Part shown: positions 25,141 to 39,778 of the stretch, piece by piece
Numbering within the stretch: the stretch's first letter is position 1
Layout: each line of letters opens with the position of its first letter
Assembly (NCBI RefSeq): GCF_006345805.1
Contig: NC_043006.1
Span: forward strand, 64,976,001-65,040,000
Direction of reading: 5' to 3'
From: Octopus sinensis
Taxonomy: Eukaryota
Length of the DNA stretch: 64,000 nucleotides
Notes under the pieces: model-generated
Databases searched by the model: none
Seen by the model: the letters and a program-made list of their open reading frames with translations, nothing else
What the model was told of the DNA's origin: nothing
Translations under genes and position numbers: made by a program

Positions 25141-25513
25141 TTAACTCTTTAGCATTCAGATTACTTTGTCAAATGCAAACGGAAGCAAGAACCAGGAGAG
25201 GAAGGGGAAGTTGGATGCTGGTATGGAAGGGGTACAGGAGCTGAGGACCATTATGGAAGATCGAGATGAATGGGGAAAATGTGTGGAAACAGTCTTGGGG
25301 TACCCCAAGGGATGACCTAGATAGATATTTATTGACATCATTCTGAATTTATCATATGCAATGTGTTGTCGCTTTAAGGTTTTGATCATGTGATTGTTAA
25401 GTTTTAGAATGACATTGTAGTGTAAGATATAAGTGGCCATATCTGGCTGGTTTGAATATAGAATAGGCAGAATATTTTGGCTGGATATGGCTGGCTTAAA
25501 TTTTAAAGGGTTA
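25141..25513. mobile_element. piggyBac-type MITE interrupted by an RTE-like 3' fragment
   Basis: TTAA-CTCTTTAGCATTCAG...AAAGGG-TTAA ends as in 46709-46920; insert at about 25178-25325 translates ELRTIMEDRDEWGKCV. Confidence 0.6.
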
Positions 25514-28500
25514 AGCAGTTCTCTGGAATACAGCTATCCTTGTTTATCACTGATTCATTCATCTCTGATCTGGGATAACACAACACATGAATTGTGAACT
25601 GTGTTAATGCTTATTATCATGAATTGATCTGTGATAACATGGGTTGGTGGTCAGTCAAAGATTCTGCTTGAACTGCAAAACCATGCCCCAGCAACTGGCC
25701 AATGCTCAGGACAACCTGGGGTCTCAGAATGAAACCAATTATTCCCCTATGTTCTATTATTCACTTATCACTGATTCTCTGAGTTGTTTGTAACCAAACA
25801 TCTGAGATAATCAAGGATAGATGTAGAATATAAAAAACAGTTTGTTAAATAACATTGACACAGATTTAAATTGAAATATAACAACATTAAATGGACCAAT
25901 CTTATTATCTTTGAGAACAAGAGGCAGCCTGAAAACCTTCAAGTGAAAACTACAGCTCCCTACAAACTGTGCTCCTGCTACCAGCTTTGATAAATGAATA
26001 TAATAATGATTAGGGTTATTTAAACTGAAACAAGGATACACATTCCAAAGTTATTGATTGATACTTATTTCATTGATCCCCTCAGAGAGACGAAAGTCAA
26101 AGTTAACTCAGCTAGAATTAGACTCATATCAGAGAGAGAAGTAAAATTAAATTTAGCATATACTCTACCAATCTACTTGCTTTTCTTATAAATCTATTAT
26201 TATTATTAAGGCAGTGAACTGGCAGAATCATTGGCATGCTGGGTTAAATACTTAGCAGCATTTCATCTGTCCATTTTTACGACATTGGTTCAAATTCTGC
26301 CATGGTTGACTTCACCCTTCATCTTTCCAGGGTTGATAAAATAAGTATCAGTCTAGCACTGGGGTTGATGCAATCAACCAGTTCCTGCCCAGCAAATTTC
26401 GGCTCTTGTGCCTTTAGCAGAAAAGATTATTATCATTAACCCATTAGTGCCCATGGTCCTTTTTTTTTTTTAGGACCAGAAGGATAATCCATCATATTTC
26501 TGCAACACCTGTATTTTTCTGAGATATCCTAAGTTAGTCATCAAGACTGGAGAGTCCATCAAATATTGTAATAAATTTTTTTTTTATAGGAGTGGCTGTG
26601 TGGTAAGTAGCTCATCAAAAGAGACCGATAGAATAAGTACTAGGCTTACAAAGAATAAGACCTGGGGTTGATTTGCCCGATTAAAGGCGGTGCTCCTGCA
26701 TGGCCACAGTCAAATGACTGAAACAAGTAAAGAGTATCAGATAAAGTTGTATAAAAAATGATTTTTGGTAATAAATCAAATCAAAAAATTTGGGCCCAAA
26801 TGGATTACGGTGGCAGAATTGTTAGCAAATCAGACAAAATGCTTTGAGACATTTCTTCTGACTTCAATTACAGCCAAATTCAACTTTGCCTTTCATGGTT
26901 TCAGGGTTGATAAAAGAAAAGTGGTCAAGTACCAGGGTTGATGTAATCAACTATTCCCCTTCATTTAAAAATGCTGGCCTTGTACCAAAATCTGAAACAT
27001 CATCATCATCAACATCATTTAATGTCCACTGTCCATGCTGGCATGGGATGGTTTGACTAGGCTGGCACGCTGGCAATTATTATTTCTTATGTTTGCACAA
27101 AGCCAGGAATTTTGTAGAGAGGGAACAAATGACTACATTGATCCAGTAATGAACTGGTACCTTATTTTATCCACCCAGGAAAGAGGAAAGGCACGGTTAA
27201 CTTCAGTGCAATTTGAACTCAGAGTGTAAAAGAATTTGGTCCACTGCTCTAATGACTGCAACCCACCACCCTTTTTAATATCATCAAATGTATGTCTTAT
27301 AAAACTATTCCGCACATACAATAACAGCCATACCAACAATCCAACACACCTCCATCATCAGCTGCCCCATGGATATCACTATGGTTTTGACACCTGGACA
27401 GTACCATTCAATCCGGCAGAGTCAACATTACTAAGTAAGTGTTGCTTGGGAACAAACACACCTTAGATATCACCACATTCGTTCAATCTTAATTCCAGGT
27501 AGGATCAATCACTAACATCATTAATTAAGCTACAATAAAGAAACCACATTTACCTTATGAACAAAAACAGTATCGGTAAATTAATAATTCTATAAGTAGA
27601 CCTATAACTAACTAAATAGCAACCAAGCCTTTCTAATATAGGTACAAGGCCTGAAATTTTTGGGGAAGGGGCTAGTTGAATAAACTGATCCCAGTACTCA
27701 ACTGGCATTTATTTCATCGACCCTGACAGGACAAAAGGCAAAGGTCAACATTGGTGGAATTTGAACTCACAACGTAGAGATGGATGAAATACTATCCAGT
27801 ATTTTGTCTGGCATGCTAACCACATGATTCCAGGTTCAGTCCCACTGTGTGGCACCTTCGGTAGGTGTCTTCTACAATAGCCTTGGGCTGACCAAAGCCT
27901 TGTCAGTGGAATACACAAAATAATTTTTTAATACAATTCCTAATAATATTTAATTACAAAAAATACAGTAGAATTTCTTTTTATAGAAATTGAATGTCTT
28001 TGGGGATCCAGTAGAAGAAAATAGGAATCAAAAGGGTCCGTAGGTAAAAAATGGTTGAGAACCATTGCTATATATATTCTCTCTCTCTCATTAGTTTTCC
28101 ATTATTAACATAAGAATGACTGTGTCATGTACACTCCTTTAATATAACTCTCTATAAACTGTGCTTTTATCACCCATCTTAATCCCTATTTATGGTATGC
28201 CCAATAAGTTTACACTCTCCCCATAATGTTTCCATCTCTAACTTAATCCTTGCATCCAATAATAACCGAGTACCACATACATTATATAACCTACCCTAAT
28301 AGTGTCAATCAAAATTCTTCACCATCATCATTTAATGCCCATGTTCCATGCTGGCATGGATTGAACAGTCTGACAGAATTTGATGGACCCAAGGACTGCA
28401 TCCTGCTCCAGTCTCTACCTTGGTAGGGTTTCTATGACTGGTTGTTTTTCCTAATACCAACCACTTTACAACATGTACAGGGTGGTATTTTCATGCCATG

Positions 28501-30586
28501 AGCACTACTGAGGGTACCATGCGGCCAGAGACCTCATACGGACTTGTATTCCCACTGAATACTCTGAACATGAACCTTATGCTTCAACAACAGATAATAG
28601 CTATGGCGCTACATGCTTGTTCTGCCAGTGGAGCATTTGTCTAATTTGTGAGCTGGAATGTTAGGGCTGACTATCAGATAGGGTGAGCATTTGTGAGTGA
28701 ACTCATTGGTCAGAGCTGGTTTAATTGACCCCAAGTGAATGCTGCCACAAGTACTACAAACTCCAAGAGGGCAACTCTATGCAAGGAGATAAGTGGGATA
28801 AAGTGAGAGAAAAGGGCCAGAGCAGAAGAAGTTGCCTCCTGTAAAATTGCCACACAGCTACTCACATTTTAGAAGAGAGGGTGGGAGTGATTGGGTTGGA
28901 GCTAGAGAGTGATTCATCATCAATGTTGTTTAACGTCCACTTTCCATGCTGGCATGGGTTGGACGGTTTGACTGGGGGTTGGTAAGCCAGAAGGCTTACA
29001 AAAGATAATTCCTAGGTATGGTAACGAGACTGTCGCATACATCCTCTAATCTAACTCACCACCAACCTTAATAATACTAGATATTCTTTTACTGTCGGCC
29101 AACATGCTGGAGAATTGCTTTCAATGATTTTAGTCAACCATAGCAACCGTAGTACTTATCTGCAGTATGGCGCCACCTTTTTAATTGATTTCTATTTGCT
29201 GAAGAGCTAGGTTATGGGATACAAAACACTTGTTTTAGACTACAACCTCACACAAGTATACATACATCTCTTTAGGATCAGCAGATACTTTCGTCCCTAA
29301 CAATTACTCTAAAATACTCAGGTGAGACCTACATTGGAGCAGTGCTCTCATGATACTGCACATAGCCATTCTAGATTACATCTACAAAAGAGCCATTTAA
29401 CTAAAGACATTCACAGGTACAGTTTCTCCCCCCCCCACTCCCTGCTTTTTCTACTGTTACTATAATAGCTTCTGCTTCTCAGAACTAGCTGGACTCATGT
29501 CACCTCCAGACACTCCCACCCTTCCTAACACCAACCACTCCGAGAGTGTAGTGGGTGCTTTTATGTGTCACCGGTACAAGGGCCAATCAGGCAGCACTGG
29601 CAATGGCTATGCTCAAATGGTGATTTTTACGTGCCATCTGCACAGGAGCCAGTCCAGCGGCACTGGCAACGACCTCGCTCGAATGTTTTTTCACGTGTCA
29701 CTGGCACAAGCACCAGTAAGGAGACGCTGGTAACGATCATGCTTGAATGGTATTTTTTATGTGCCACCGGCATGGAGGCCAGTTTGCTGCTCTGGCAACA
29801 ATCATGCTCGGATGGTGCTCTTAGCACTCCGCTAGCATGGATGCCAGTCATCGAATTTGATTTCAATTGACAATGTAGGGCAGGTGTGAGAAGCTAGATC
29901 TTGGCAGGTTGAACATAAAACTGGTAGAATATTTGGGCTGGATATGGCCAGTTTAAATGCTAAAGGGTTGGACAAAATTATTTGCAGTATTTGTTCCAGT
30001 TCTTTACATTCCGAGTTCAAATCTTGCCAAAGCTAACTTTGATCTTCATCACTTCTGAACAGTTCAAAGTGGCCTGGAGGTTAGGGTGTTTCACTCACGA
30101 TTGCAAGATGGTGGATTTGGTTCTTGGACTGGGTGGTGCATTACGTTCTTGAGTAAGACCCTCCATTTACATTGCTCCAGTCTACTCAACCATAAATGAG
30201 TAACCCAGCAACAAACTGGCATTCCATTCGGGTGGATCATTGTGATCTCAATCACTTGGATACCATGGAAACCAGTCCTACGACTTGAGATAGAAATGTC
30301 CAGGGATTGATGATGATGAAGCTAGTGGATTAGTATAAATGTCAGAACACTGGACAAAATGTTTTGTGGCAGCACATGAAGGGCATAGGGCTGTAGAGAA
30401 TCTGCCTCAATAAATTCCATGTGACCCATGCATGCTTGGAAAAGTGGACATTAAATGATGATGATTGAAAAACTATGTAGAAACCATTCATGTATGTCTC
30501 AAGATTTGCAGAGCTATCTAACCTACACCATCATGGAGAGTAAAGATATGAAATACTGACACACACGACAGATCTGTAACCAAACT

Positions 30587-30899
30587 CAGGGGTTCTCATC
30601 CATTTTTTACCTATGGATCCCTTTGATTAGCATTTTATTCTAGTGGACCCCCATAGCCATTGTGTTTAAAAATTAATTTTATAGATACTTTTTTCAAAAT
30701 TCCTATTTCATTTTTCACACATTAACTTGTGTAGGTTGAATACGTAAAATGCTAGAGAAAGAAACCAAGCTGCTTCTTGCTATATATACCAAGCAAAAGA
30801 TTTTCAGGGGCCCCTAAAATATTATTGTGGACCCTCAATGTACTCATTTGCTTTGCAGACCCCTAAAAATCTTATATGGATCGCGGTTGAGAACTATTG
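30587..30899. mobile_element. hAT-type MITE
   Basis: CAGGGGTTCTCA...TTGAGAACTATTG ends; degenerate 8-bp TSD (ACCAAACT / ACCTAAAT). Confidence 0.6.
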
Positions 30900-31269
30900 A
30901 CCTAAATCATTACTCCTGTACACCTAAAATGACCCTAAGACCCAAGAATATCTATCTTATGCCGAATCTAATAAATCTTAAATGTCAGGCAAAAAATCAG
31001 TTAAATGACAGACTAAATTGGATTGGCCCCTATAAATATGAGGTTGAAGAGGGTGCAGTGCATTACATGTAATGTCATATATAAGTATTTAGTTTCATCC
31101 TTCTATACCCTGAGTTCAAATCCAACCAACTTCTGTGTTTTGCAATTATAAGGAAAAAAGTCCACAAAAAAAAAAGTTGTTTACTGAACTCAGCAAATTA
31201 ACTACATCTCTCTCCTACAAATTTGGTTTTTTTTTCACACTTGCATCAATGTTAAGAAATTATCACCAC

Positions 31270-33430
31270 CATCACTATTATTATTGCTCAATTGTTTGCA
31301 TGTCAGGCAAAATGTTTGGAAGAATTTCTTCAGTCCTTACATTCTGAGTTCAAATTCTGCCAAGGTTTGACGTTACCTTTCATCTTTTTGGGGTCAATAA
31401 AATAAGTGCCAGTTGAACACTGGGGGGGGGGGGGTCAGTCTAATCGACTTACTTCCACCCTTGAAACTGTGGGCCTTGTGGCAAAATTTGAAACCACTAG
31501 TCATATTATTATTATTATTTAACAAACTTCCCCCTCCCCTCAAAAACTGCTGGCTTGTGCCAAAATTTTAAACAATTATTGCTATTATTAAATGTGGTAA
31601 AGTCAATGAGCTGGCAGAATCGTTAACGCGCTGGACAAAATGCTTAGCGGTATTTCGCTCATTGCCACATTCTGAGTTCAAATTCTGCCAAGGTCAACTT
31701 TGCCTTTCCTTTTTGGGGTTGATAAATTAAGTACTAGTTGCGTACTGAGGTTGACCTAATCAACTGCCCCACCTCCCCCAAAATTTCAGTAGAAAATATT
31801 ATTAAAGGTGGTGAGCCGGCAGAACCATAAGCATGCTGGATTAAATACTCAGCAGCATTTTGCCTGTATTTATGTCTTGAGTTCAAATCCTACCAAGGTC
31901 AACTTTGCTTTTCATCATTTCAGGGTCGATAAAATTAGTATCAGTAAAGTACTAAGGTCGATGTAATTGACTAGCCTCCTTTCTCCCAAAGTTTGGGGCT
32001 TGTGCCAATAGTAGAAAGAGTTACTATAACTATTGAAGTGTTGAACTAGCAGAATTATTAACGTGTTGGGCAAAATGCAAAGAGGCATTTATACTGGCTT
32101 TTAATCTTCTAAGTTCAAACTCAATGAGCTCAAGTTTGCCTTTCATCCTTCCAGGGGTTAAGTACCAGTCAAATACTGGGGGGAGGGGTCAATGTTATTA
32201 ACTTACCTCCTCCCTAAAAATTGCTGGCCTTGTGCCAAAATTCAAAAATTATTCGCGGCAGAACCATTAAAGCATCAGACAAATGCTTAGAGGTATTTTT
32301 TCCTGCTCTATGTTCTGAGTTCAAATCCATAGTTAACTTGGCCTTTCTATCTCCTCAGAGTTGATAAAATAAGTATCAAGTACTGGGGTAAATATAATTA
32401 ACCCACCCCTCTTGCCCGAAAATGACTGTCTTCTGTCAAGATCTGAAACCATTTTAGACAGTGAACTAACAAAACTGTTAGCTTGCTGGATAAAATGCTT
32501 AGCGACATTTTGCCTGATTTTCAAGTTCTGAGTTCAAATCCCACCAACATCAACCTCTGCCTTTCATCTCTTCAAGGCCCATGAAATAATACTAGTCAAT
32601 CACTGGGAGTTGATGTAATCAACTAGCCACCCTCCCACCAAATTTCAAACCTTGTGCCTATAGTCGAAAGAATTATTATGAAGGGCTTTGAGCTGGCAGA
32701 ATCACAAGGTCCATTGGACAAAACACCAAGTGGCATTACTGGTTCTTTATGTCTTAAGTTCAAATTCTGCCAAGATCAACACTTCCATCCTTTTGAAGTC
32801 GATAAATTAAATTACCGGTCAAGGGTTTATGTAATTGATGAGCCCCTCTCCCAAATTCCAGGCCTTATGCCTTCATTAGAAAGAGCTATTGTTATTTAAG
32901 GTGGTGAGCTTAGCAGAATTATTACCATGCTGGGCGAAATGCTTAGCAGCATCTTGTCTGCCTTTAAATTCTGTCGAGATCAACTATGCATGACCCCAAA
33001 AGGATGAAAGGCAATCAATTTACTTCCTCCCCCAAAACTGCTGGCCTTATGCCAAAATTTCAGATTATTATTTACCAAGGCGGTGAGCTAGTAGAATTGT
33101 TAGCTCATTGGGCAAAATGCTTAGCAGCATTTCATCCATCTGTATGCTCTGAGTTCAAATTCCACCGAGGTTGACTAAACCTTTCATCCTTTTGGGGTTG
33201 ATAAAATGAATACCATTTGAGTGCTGGGGTTGATGTAATCGACTTACCCGCTCCCCCAACATTTCAGGTCTTGTGCCTTCAGTAGAAAGGATTATTATTA
33301 TTATTACTATTATTATTATTATTAAGGTGGTGAACTGGCAGAATTGTTAGAACATCAGACAAAATGCCCTGCCATATAAGTTCCCAGTTTTAACATTCAG
33401 TGTTCAAATCCTACTGAGGCCAGCCATGCA
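31270..33430 (+). mobile_element. Tandem array of about 10 family A SINEs
   Basis: Consecutive plus-strand copies of varying decay separated by short ATT runs. Confidence 0.9.
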
Positions 33431-33603
33431 GCCGACCACAGGACTAGTTTTCTCTTACCTTAGTGATTAATGATTTGATTTTGATTTCAAATTCCATTGA
33501 GGTAAACTTCAAAATATTTCTATCTCTTTCAAGGTTGATGAAATGAGAACCAGTTACTTTATTGGGAGGTGTAGAAGAGCTTCTGCTATGCAAACCAATA
33601 GGC

Positions 33604-34070
33604 TTAACCCTTTTGTTACTGTATTTATTTTGAGATGCTCTGTTTCTTTCAATTGATTTTAAATATAACAAAGAATTTAGTAAAATAACTTAGTTACCAT
33701 TAAGTTAGTGTTAGGAACATAAATTGTGACTAAGGTTTGGAAGATTTTAATACAGAACTTTCGAAAACAAGACATTTGTACAACAGAACCAGAGGTGGTT
33801 TCAGCCAGGTTGGTATCAAAAGGGTTAAATTAATCATTTGTTAACCCTTCTGTTACCATATTCCTGTTGAGACACTCTGTGTTTCTCTGAACTGATTTTA
33901 AATATAACAAAGAATTTAGTAAAATAACTTAGCTACCATTAAGCTAGTGTTAGGAACATAAATTGCGACTAAGGTTTGGTGGAAGATTTTAATTCAAAAC
34001 TAATGAAAACAAGACATTTGCATTACAGAGCCAGAGGCAGTTTTAGCCGGGTTGGTATTGAAAGGATTAA
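33604..34070. mobile_element. Tandem dimer of a piggyBac-type MITE
   Basis: Copies at 33604-33828 and 33841-34070, each TTAA-CCCT...AAAGG(G/A)-TTAA; related copies at 36368-36590, 38478-38709 and 43772-43999. Confidence 0.85.
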
Positions 34071-34619
34071 AGAACCAATGGCTTCTTTCCCCATCACCAG
34101 TACTTTACAGAGCCGACAGCAAAGGCACTTAATTGCTTGATGAATCTAACTATCTGTAAATAAGTATCATGGGTAGGTGCAGCTTAAGCATTCAATAATC
34201 TTTTATCTATTTCAGTCATTGTGTTGGGGCTATGCTGGGGCACTGCCTTGATGCTTTTTAAATCTGGTACAAATTCTATTATTTCCATATGCTGGATTGC
34301 TAAGTTACAGGGATGTAAACAAACAACACTGGTTGTCAGGTGATGAGTGGGGAGGGACAAATAGATATGCATATATATGACAGGCTTCTACACAGTTTCC
34401 CACCACCAAATTCACTCACAAGTTAGTGGTTGACCCATGGCTATAGTTGAAGAAGGTGCTAGGCTATGAGATTGAACCTGAAACTATGTGGTTGAAAAGC
34501 AAGCTTCTTAACTACACAGCCATGCATGAAGTACTGTAGAAATAGTATAAAATTGTTTTAGTCCTCCATACCACATAATGCTAAGTTCAACCTTAACCAT
34601 GGATGTGGCTAACAGGAAG

Positions 34620-35525
34620 GGATGGACCTTGGCAGAATTTGAACTCAGAATGTAAAGCCAGAAGGAATACCATTAAGCATTTTGTCCAGCATACTAACGA
34701 TTCTGCCAACATTAATGGGAAATATTGGTTTCAAATTTTAGGCACAAGGCCAGCAATTTTGGGGCGGTGTTAGACAATTAAATCAAAACTCCCCGTGCTT
34801 AACTGCTACTTATCTTACTGGCCGCAAAAGGATGAAACGCAAAGTTGACCTCAGCAGAATTTGAATTCTGAACATGAACACACGTGAAATGTTGTTAAGC
34901 TAACAATAATTCTAGCTTACCACCCTACACAATAGGAAATATTAACATTAGTAATTAGTCTACCTGCAAGATTAGATCTGCAAGCTAGATTCTGTCACAT
35001 TTAAAAAGCTACTCTCAAGTTAACCAAATTAAATTCTTCATATTCAAATTAAAATTCTAACTGAAGCATTATTCTTTTCTACTCTAGGCACAAATTTTTT
35101 GGGGGGAGGCGATGTGAAGGTAGTTGATTAGATTGACCCTAGTACACAACTGGTACCTAATTTATTGACCCCGAAAGGATGAAAGGCAAAGTTGACCTTG
35201 GCGGAATTTGAACTCAGAACACAAAGACAGATGAAATACTGCTAAACATTTCCCTCAGCATGCTAACATTTCTGCCAGCTCACTGCCTTAAGCATTTAGA
35301 AAAAAAAATGCTTTTTGCTCTAGGCACAAGGCCTGAAATTTTGGGGGAGGGGGCCAGTCGATTAGACCAACCCTAGTACAAAACTGGTACTTAATTTATA
35401 GACTCTGAAAGGATGAAAGGCAAAGTCAACCTTGGCAGAATTTGAACTGAGAACGTAAAGACAAAACGAAATACCACTAAGCATTTCACCCAGCATGCTA
35501 ACGTTTCTGCCAGCTCCCCAACTTA
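34620..35525 (-). mobile_element. Array of about 4 family A SINEs on the minus strand
   Basis: GAAAGGATGAAAGGCAAAGTTGACCTTGGCGGAATTTGAACTCAG repeated. Confidence 0.85.
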
Positions 35526-38500
35526 AGCATTATTATCACACAAATGATAATGAGGAATTTCAACAAGGTAAGCACCTGTGTGCCAAATATTATTAGCTTT
35601 GAATAACTTTAATCTTTTACTTCATTCAACCATTGGACTGTTGCCATGCTAGGGTAACATGAAGTGCTCAGTTGAACAACTCAACCCCAGAACATATTTT
35701 TAAAGTCAGGTACTTATTTTATTGGGCACTTTTGCTGAGCTGCTAAGTTACAAGGACATGACCCAACCCCAGTTGTCATGTGGTGATGATGGTCATAATG
35801 GTGGGGGACTGGCACCCAATGTACATGAAGAGTTTCCCCACAGTTTCCATCAACCAAATTCACTCATAAGGCAGTGGTTGGCCCAGGGCTATAATAGAAG
35901 GCACTTGGGCAAAGTCCTGCACAGTAGGATAGAATTTAAAACATGGTTGTGAAGGTTAATTAATGGAGTGCTCAACTACAAACCAAGCAAAGTCATGCAA
36001 ATGGCTCTTACCAATACCAAACTATGTAATGGCAGTAAAGCTGTCATTTACCACTTCCACTTTAGAGTTGGGCCTTATTGTATTTGCTTAGTGCCAGGCC
36101 TGATGAAGCAGATCTATGATCAAAAGTATTCCATCCACAACCCACTTGTCCATCATTCAAGTATTTTATTATTTCCATTTCAAGACAGTGTAATTTGAGA
36201 GAAATGTTTGCTATTTCAGGTCAAATTCTTGTTGTTTGCTTGAGATGATGTTTTGGGTCTAGTAATCAAAATACTAAGTCTTGTGTGTCATCAAGGTTTG
36301 AAGTGTGCATTTCTAATATGATCTCCTTCTGTCCTAAGATTATGGTTCACAATACTTGACCCATATTTTAACCCTTTTGTCAACAGATTTTTGTTGAAAT
36401 ACACTGCCTTTTGTTTCAATTAATTTTGAAAATAATGGAGAACTTAATAAAATAATTTTGTCATTGGTGTTTGGAACATAAATTAACACCAAATTCTCAT
36501 AGAAAGCTTAAACTAAGATTACTTTCAAGCATGAAGTTTCTATTACAAAATCAAGGGTGGTCTCATGCCGGTTGGTATCAAAAGGGTTAAAGATATTAGG
36601 GGATTGTATTTCAGAGGGATTTGACTGGTATATTAACTCTTACAGTATGTGGTATCTGAAGATATTTGGTTCTGCACATGTGCATTTGAGATATGGGAAA
36701 CTGGGAAGCAAGTTTACTCCTTTCTGATAATGGGGTACTTTGCAGAATTCTCCACATCATTTGATATAGTATACATATATTTTTACTGGCCAATAGAAAG
36801 AAGTTGTGCAAACTGATTTGCATATGATTAGCATCTTTCATCACCAGTGAAAATTTGAATCAGTGAGGGTTAACAACTCCATAACTGGTTGATGTAGGTG
36901 ATCCTAGTTTGAAAACAAGATAATGCTGAAGAAGATTTGGCCACACTAGAGAACAGATCAATAAATTGTATAGGTACCTAGTTGCTGAAATGCAGCAGAG
37001 AGAGATTCGTCTACGAGACTGAGCAACTACGTATAGAAAATTTGCAGAGCTATCTGACCTACAATATCACAGGTTAAAAGGATGAGTAAAATATTGACAC
37101 GTGTAAAGTTAGATAGTAAGTTTATCTCTGTCCCTGTGCACCAAAGTTGGAATGTTATACAATGGTACCACTTTTTCAAAAGACTACAGGCCCTGCTCCC
37201 AGCTAATCTTTACTGACTGGTCATAGCCTTCAGGGATAGGGTTAACAGATACTGACCTTTTACATTTGAAGAAGTCATTCATCAGCTTTTACAAGGCTTG
37301 TGCACCTAGAACTGTAGAAACAACAAACTTTTTATCTGTGTCATCCCTTCCCCAACTCCAACACATGGATTTTACAATGTAAGTGGTAATAGCTTCTGAA
37401 TGTCAGAAGATAGTGCAGCTGGTTGTATATGTAGTGGGCAAAGTGAATTGGAAGTGATGAGTTTTTGTTCTGTTCCAGTTTACAAAGAGAAAATGCATAA
37501 ACATTTGTTGTACAGGGAAAGAATGACAAGACTGGTAGATGACATTGTCCTAGCAGTAAATAAATAGAAAGAAAAAAAAACAGTAACAACAACAACAACA
37601 AAAACATGAAATCAGGAGCTACAGAGACCTGTGACCCAAAATATTCAATAAAATAAACTAGCTCATGTATTTTGACAGCATATTCAAAGATACTGTTTGA
37701 CTGGATGAAGAAATGAAAATAGGGACAAGATAGGCAACATTTGGACTTAACTGATATCTTCAAATCAATAAATCTATTTTCACTGGGAGAGAGAAATGCA
37801 ATGTTATATAGAGTAGTAGTACTTCCAGAAATATTGTCTAGAGTGAGAGTCTGGGTACACCCTAGAAAAAGACGAAAAAAATCTCTATGGTTTCATACCT
37901 ATTGTAAAAACTTAAGGTGGTCATGAATATGTGATAAAATGAAAACATATCCCGTCTTGTTATTTGTGGAGGGAAACTCTACTGAACCAACTATGCCTAA
38001 CACAGGGAAATATCATTGCCTACCATACTAGCAACTCTCGGCTGATTCATAATAGTGAGAAGGAGACATCAGTTTCCCTTTAAAGACACAAAGAAACACA
38101 AATGTAATACAATCAGGACAGCAACACTAAAGCCCAGCATTATCTATCTGTACATACAACTTACTGTTATCGTTAAAGACCTTTCAGCTCCAGTGAGCTA
38201 TAGAGTAACACCTACAAGTATTTTTTATTCAGGATAAAATAGCTAATCTAATGAAGTAAATATCAGTTTCAAATTCTGGGACAAGGCCAGCAATTTTAGG
38301 GGAGGAGATGAGTTGATTACATTGACCCCAATGCTCAGCTGGCACTAATTTTATCGACCCTGAAAGGATGAAAGGCAAAGTCGACCTTGGTGGAATTTGA
38401 ACTCAGAATGTAAAGATGGATGAAATGCTGCTGAGCATTTCACTTGCTGTGCTAATGATTCTGCCAGTTTGCCATCTTTAACCCTTTCGTTACCAACCCG

Positions 38501-39295
38501 GCTGAAACTGCCTCTAGCTCTGAGTACAAATGTCCTGTTTCCATAAGTTTTGAATTAAAATCTTCCACCAAACCTTAGTCACAATTTATGTTCCTAACAC
38601 TAACTGAATAATAACTAAGTTATTTTACTAAATTCTTTATTGTTATATTTAAAATCAATTGAAAGAAATACAGAGCATCTCAACAGAAATATAATAACGA
38701 AAGGGTTAATGAAGTAAATATTAATAAGACACTAAAGTTACTGATCTATTGACTCTGTGGTCTTATGTTCATATTTTTAGCTGTCATAATCCCGGACAAG
38801 GCAGAAACTGACAACAAGTTCAATTCCAAGTGATGGGAGACAATCGTCCAACTTTAAAAGCATATTCCTCTCACAAATAACTCAATTCATCTTACTCACA
38901 CAAGCACACAAAATGGATGTAAATCAGTAAGAGAAAAATATGTCAACTAAATGAGGTTTGTTATCCACAACCACTTCACTGAACAAAAAGCATGCAAATA
39001 TTTAGTCTACAACACACAATGCATGTCCTAACATCCTTGAACTGAACTCGCTAAACACACAATTATAATAGCAAAAGTTATCAGTGGAGGGCATGGTCAC
39101 CAGAAGAGATACTTCCTATAGAATGTGATCCTTGGCAGAAAAAAAAAATGATTATCAGTGTAAATATAAAGTAGTGCAGGTAATACTGTTATTTTATGAT
39201 AGGCAAGTCAAAGAAAGGATGGCCATCCAACTGGAAACAGCATGCTTCAAATAATTCATTACACAGAAGAAGAAACAAATTCGTAAATAATAATT

Positions 39296-39332
<37 letters not shown>

Positions 39333-39335
<3 letters not shown>

Positions 39336-39778
39336 TTTTATGATTCAGTGCGACCATGAGATTGAGAATAGGAAGCCAGACATTTAATTGAGAAAGAAAA
39401 CAAACTATGCTGGATCATAGATATAGCATGCCCAGCTGACAAGGCATGCGATAAGGAAGAAAGAAAAGTCGATAGCTATGACAGGTTAGCTTGGGAGGTT
39501 AAGCAGTTGTGGTCGATGAAAAAGCTAGCAGCAGTACCAATAATTGTCAGAGCCCTAAGAACAGTGAGCAAAAATCTCAAAAAGTACGCGGAACAAATAG
39601 GGGCTGCAATAAGGGTGGAGCACTTGCTGAAAACAGCACTGCTTAGAACTGCTTGAATACTCCGGAAGGTGCTCAAAAAATAAGAGGTGTTACCTTAGTT
39701 CACTGGTAGTGAACAGCTGACACCGTAGTACATCTCCAGCATTAGAAGCTGTGCAAAGGCAATGATAATAATAATAAT
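39333..39778 (+). mobile_element. 5'-truncated Dong/R4-like non-LTR retrotransposon (restriction-like endonuclease C-terminus)
   Basis: DFMIQCDHEIENRKPDI / LIEKENKLCWIIDIACP...LWSMKK...VPIIVRAL...KTALLRTA*ILRKVL; one frameshift and one internal stop; flanked by (TAA)n. Confidence 0.85.

Noticed and set aside
37341-37860. Minus-strand open frame of about 170 codons
   Set aside because: No recognisable domain, runs through a TTG/T-rich tract, and has no ATG or convincing donor; a 55-aa ORF on the opposite strand is equally unsupported.
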